From contig OY763426.1 of assembly GCA_963667495.1 (NCBI GenBank), positions 4,878,927 to 4,942,926 on the forward strand: a stretch of DNA of 64,000 nt. Reading direction: 5' to 3'. Shown one piece after another: positions 63,829 to 64,000 of this stretch (its first letter is position 1; every line of letters starts with the position of its first letter). Below the pieces are notes generated by a model. It had not been told where the DNA came from, did not search any database, and saw only the letters and a list, made by a program, of their open reading frames with translations. Source of the stretch: Candidatus Binatia bacterium (GTDB taxonomy: Bacteria > Desulfobacterota > Binatia > Bin18). A program made the position numbers and the translations under genes.

Positions 63829-64000
63829 TCAGATCCGGGACGGCAAGCGCACCACGCCCGTGCTGAGCACGGACAGTTCGCCGTCCTGGTTTTTGGCGTT
63901 TTGCTGTACCTCGACGCAGTGCTGGCCGTCTTGCTCGAAAATCCGAGTCACCTCACCGTTGATAAAAAGTGTATCGCCGACCGGATTGTGACGCCGTATC
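63829..64000 (-). CDS. MaoC-like (hotdog-fold) dehydratase, C-terminal fragment. The gene continues past the window end.
   Basis: The minus-strand translation ...NPVGDTLFINGEVTRIFEQDGQHCVEVQQNAKNQDGELSVLSTGVVRLPSRI then stop resembles a MaoC C-terminus. Confidence 0.35.
   Translation of the reverse strand, partial: IRRHNPVGDTLFINGEVTRIFEQDGQHCVEVQQNAKNQDGELSVLSTGVVRLPSRI

Overview
This is a 64 kb high-GC segment of a didermic (Gram-negative-type) bacterial chromosome, as shown by lipobox lipoproteins, an RND exporter, a DegP-type protease and a C-terminal-Phe outer-membrane barrel protein. No rRNA, tRNA or CRISPR array was recognised. Coding density is high and operon-like, with many overlapping stop/start codons. 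The window falls into four blocks. (1) Positions 1 to 18.4 kb, almost all on the minus strand: an NTF2-like gene; a luciferase-like monooxygenase whose 5' end seems frameshifted; a trio of toxin-antitoxin-like genes (HicB-like, DUF4258, YgiT zinc finger); a translationally coupled thiolase / DUF35 / hydantoinase A / hydantoinase B operon; a secreted 14-repeat TPR protein; and the conserved but uncharacterised envelope cluster Ycf48-like lipoprotein / RND (MMPL-like) exporter / DUF1302 / DUF1329. (2) 19 to 32.5 kb, mostly plus strand, catabolic genes: luciferase-like monooxygenase, SAM methyltransferase, a second hydantoinase A/B pair split by a 1.4 kb cassette (zinc-finger plus PD-(D/E)XK nuclease-like protein plus hicBA), SDR, MFS transporter, a second DUF1329 paralog, and a family III CoA transferase. 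(3) 32.9 to 43.6 kb, a defence and mobile island: Type III restriction-modification genes mod and res with a HicB-like/HicA pair between them; these are translationally coupled upstream to pentapeptide-repeat protein / TPR-like protein / pentapeptide-repeat protein (a seven-gene minus-strand operon); a roughly 1.2 kb IS element with imperfect terminal inverted repeats inserted into a REP-like GC-rich hairpin; and a row of antitoxin-like DNA-binding genes (RHH, HigA-like, AbrB-like) followed by a zinc-ribbon ORF interrupted by TAG. (4) 44 to 64 kb, catabolic genes: two amidohydrolases flanking a luciferase-like monooxygenase; a UGSC-motif selenoprotein gene with an in-frame TGA and a SECIS-like hairpin (the ORF track splits it into two ORFs); a DUF433/DUF5615 toxin-antitoxin pair; an FMN-dependent alpha-hydroxy-acid dehydrogenase; another luciferase-like monooxygenase; an AT-rich single-gene islet encoding a PD-(D/E)XK-like protein; nitronate monooxygenase; 3-hydroxyacyl-CoA dehydrogenase; a three-subunit molybdenum hydroxylase (L-M-S order); a secreted methyltransferase; DegP; a proline-iminopeptidase-family hydrolase; a tandem-EthD protein; and a partial MaoC-like gene. 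A family of dispersed GC-rich palindromes (core GGAGAGGGCyAGGGTGAGG / CCCTCTCCC...GGGAGAGGG) recurs in intergenic positions. All functional assignments come from motif recognition in the translated ORFs, gene order and overlap patterns read by eye. No database search was run.
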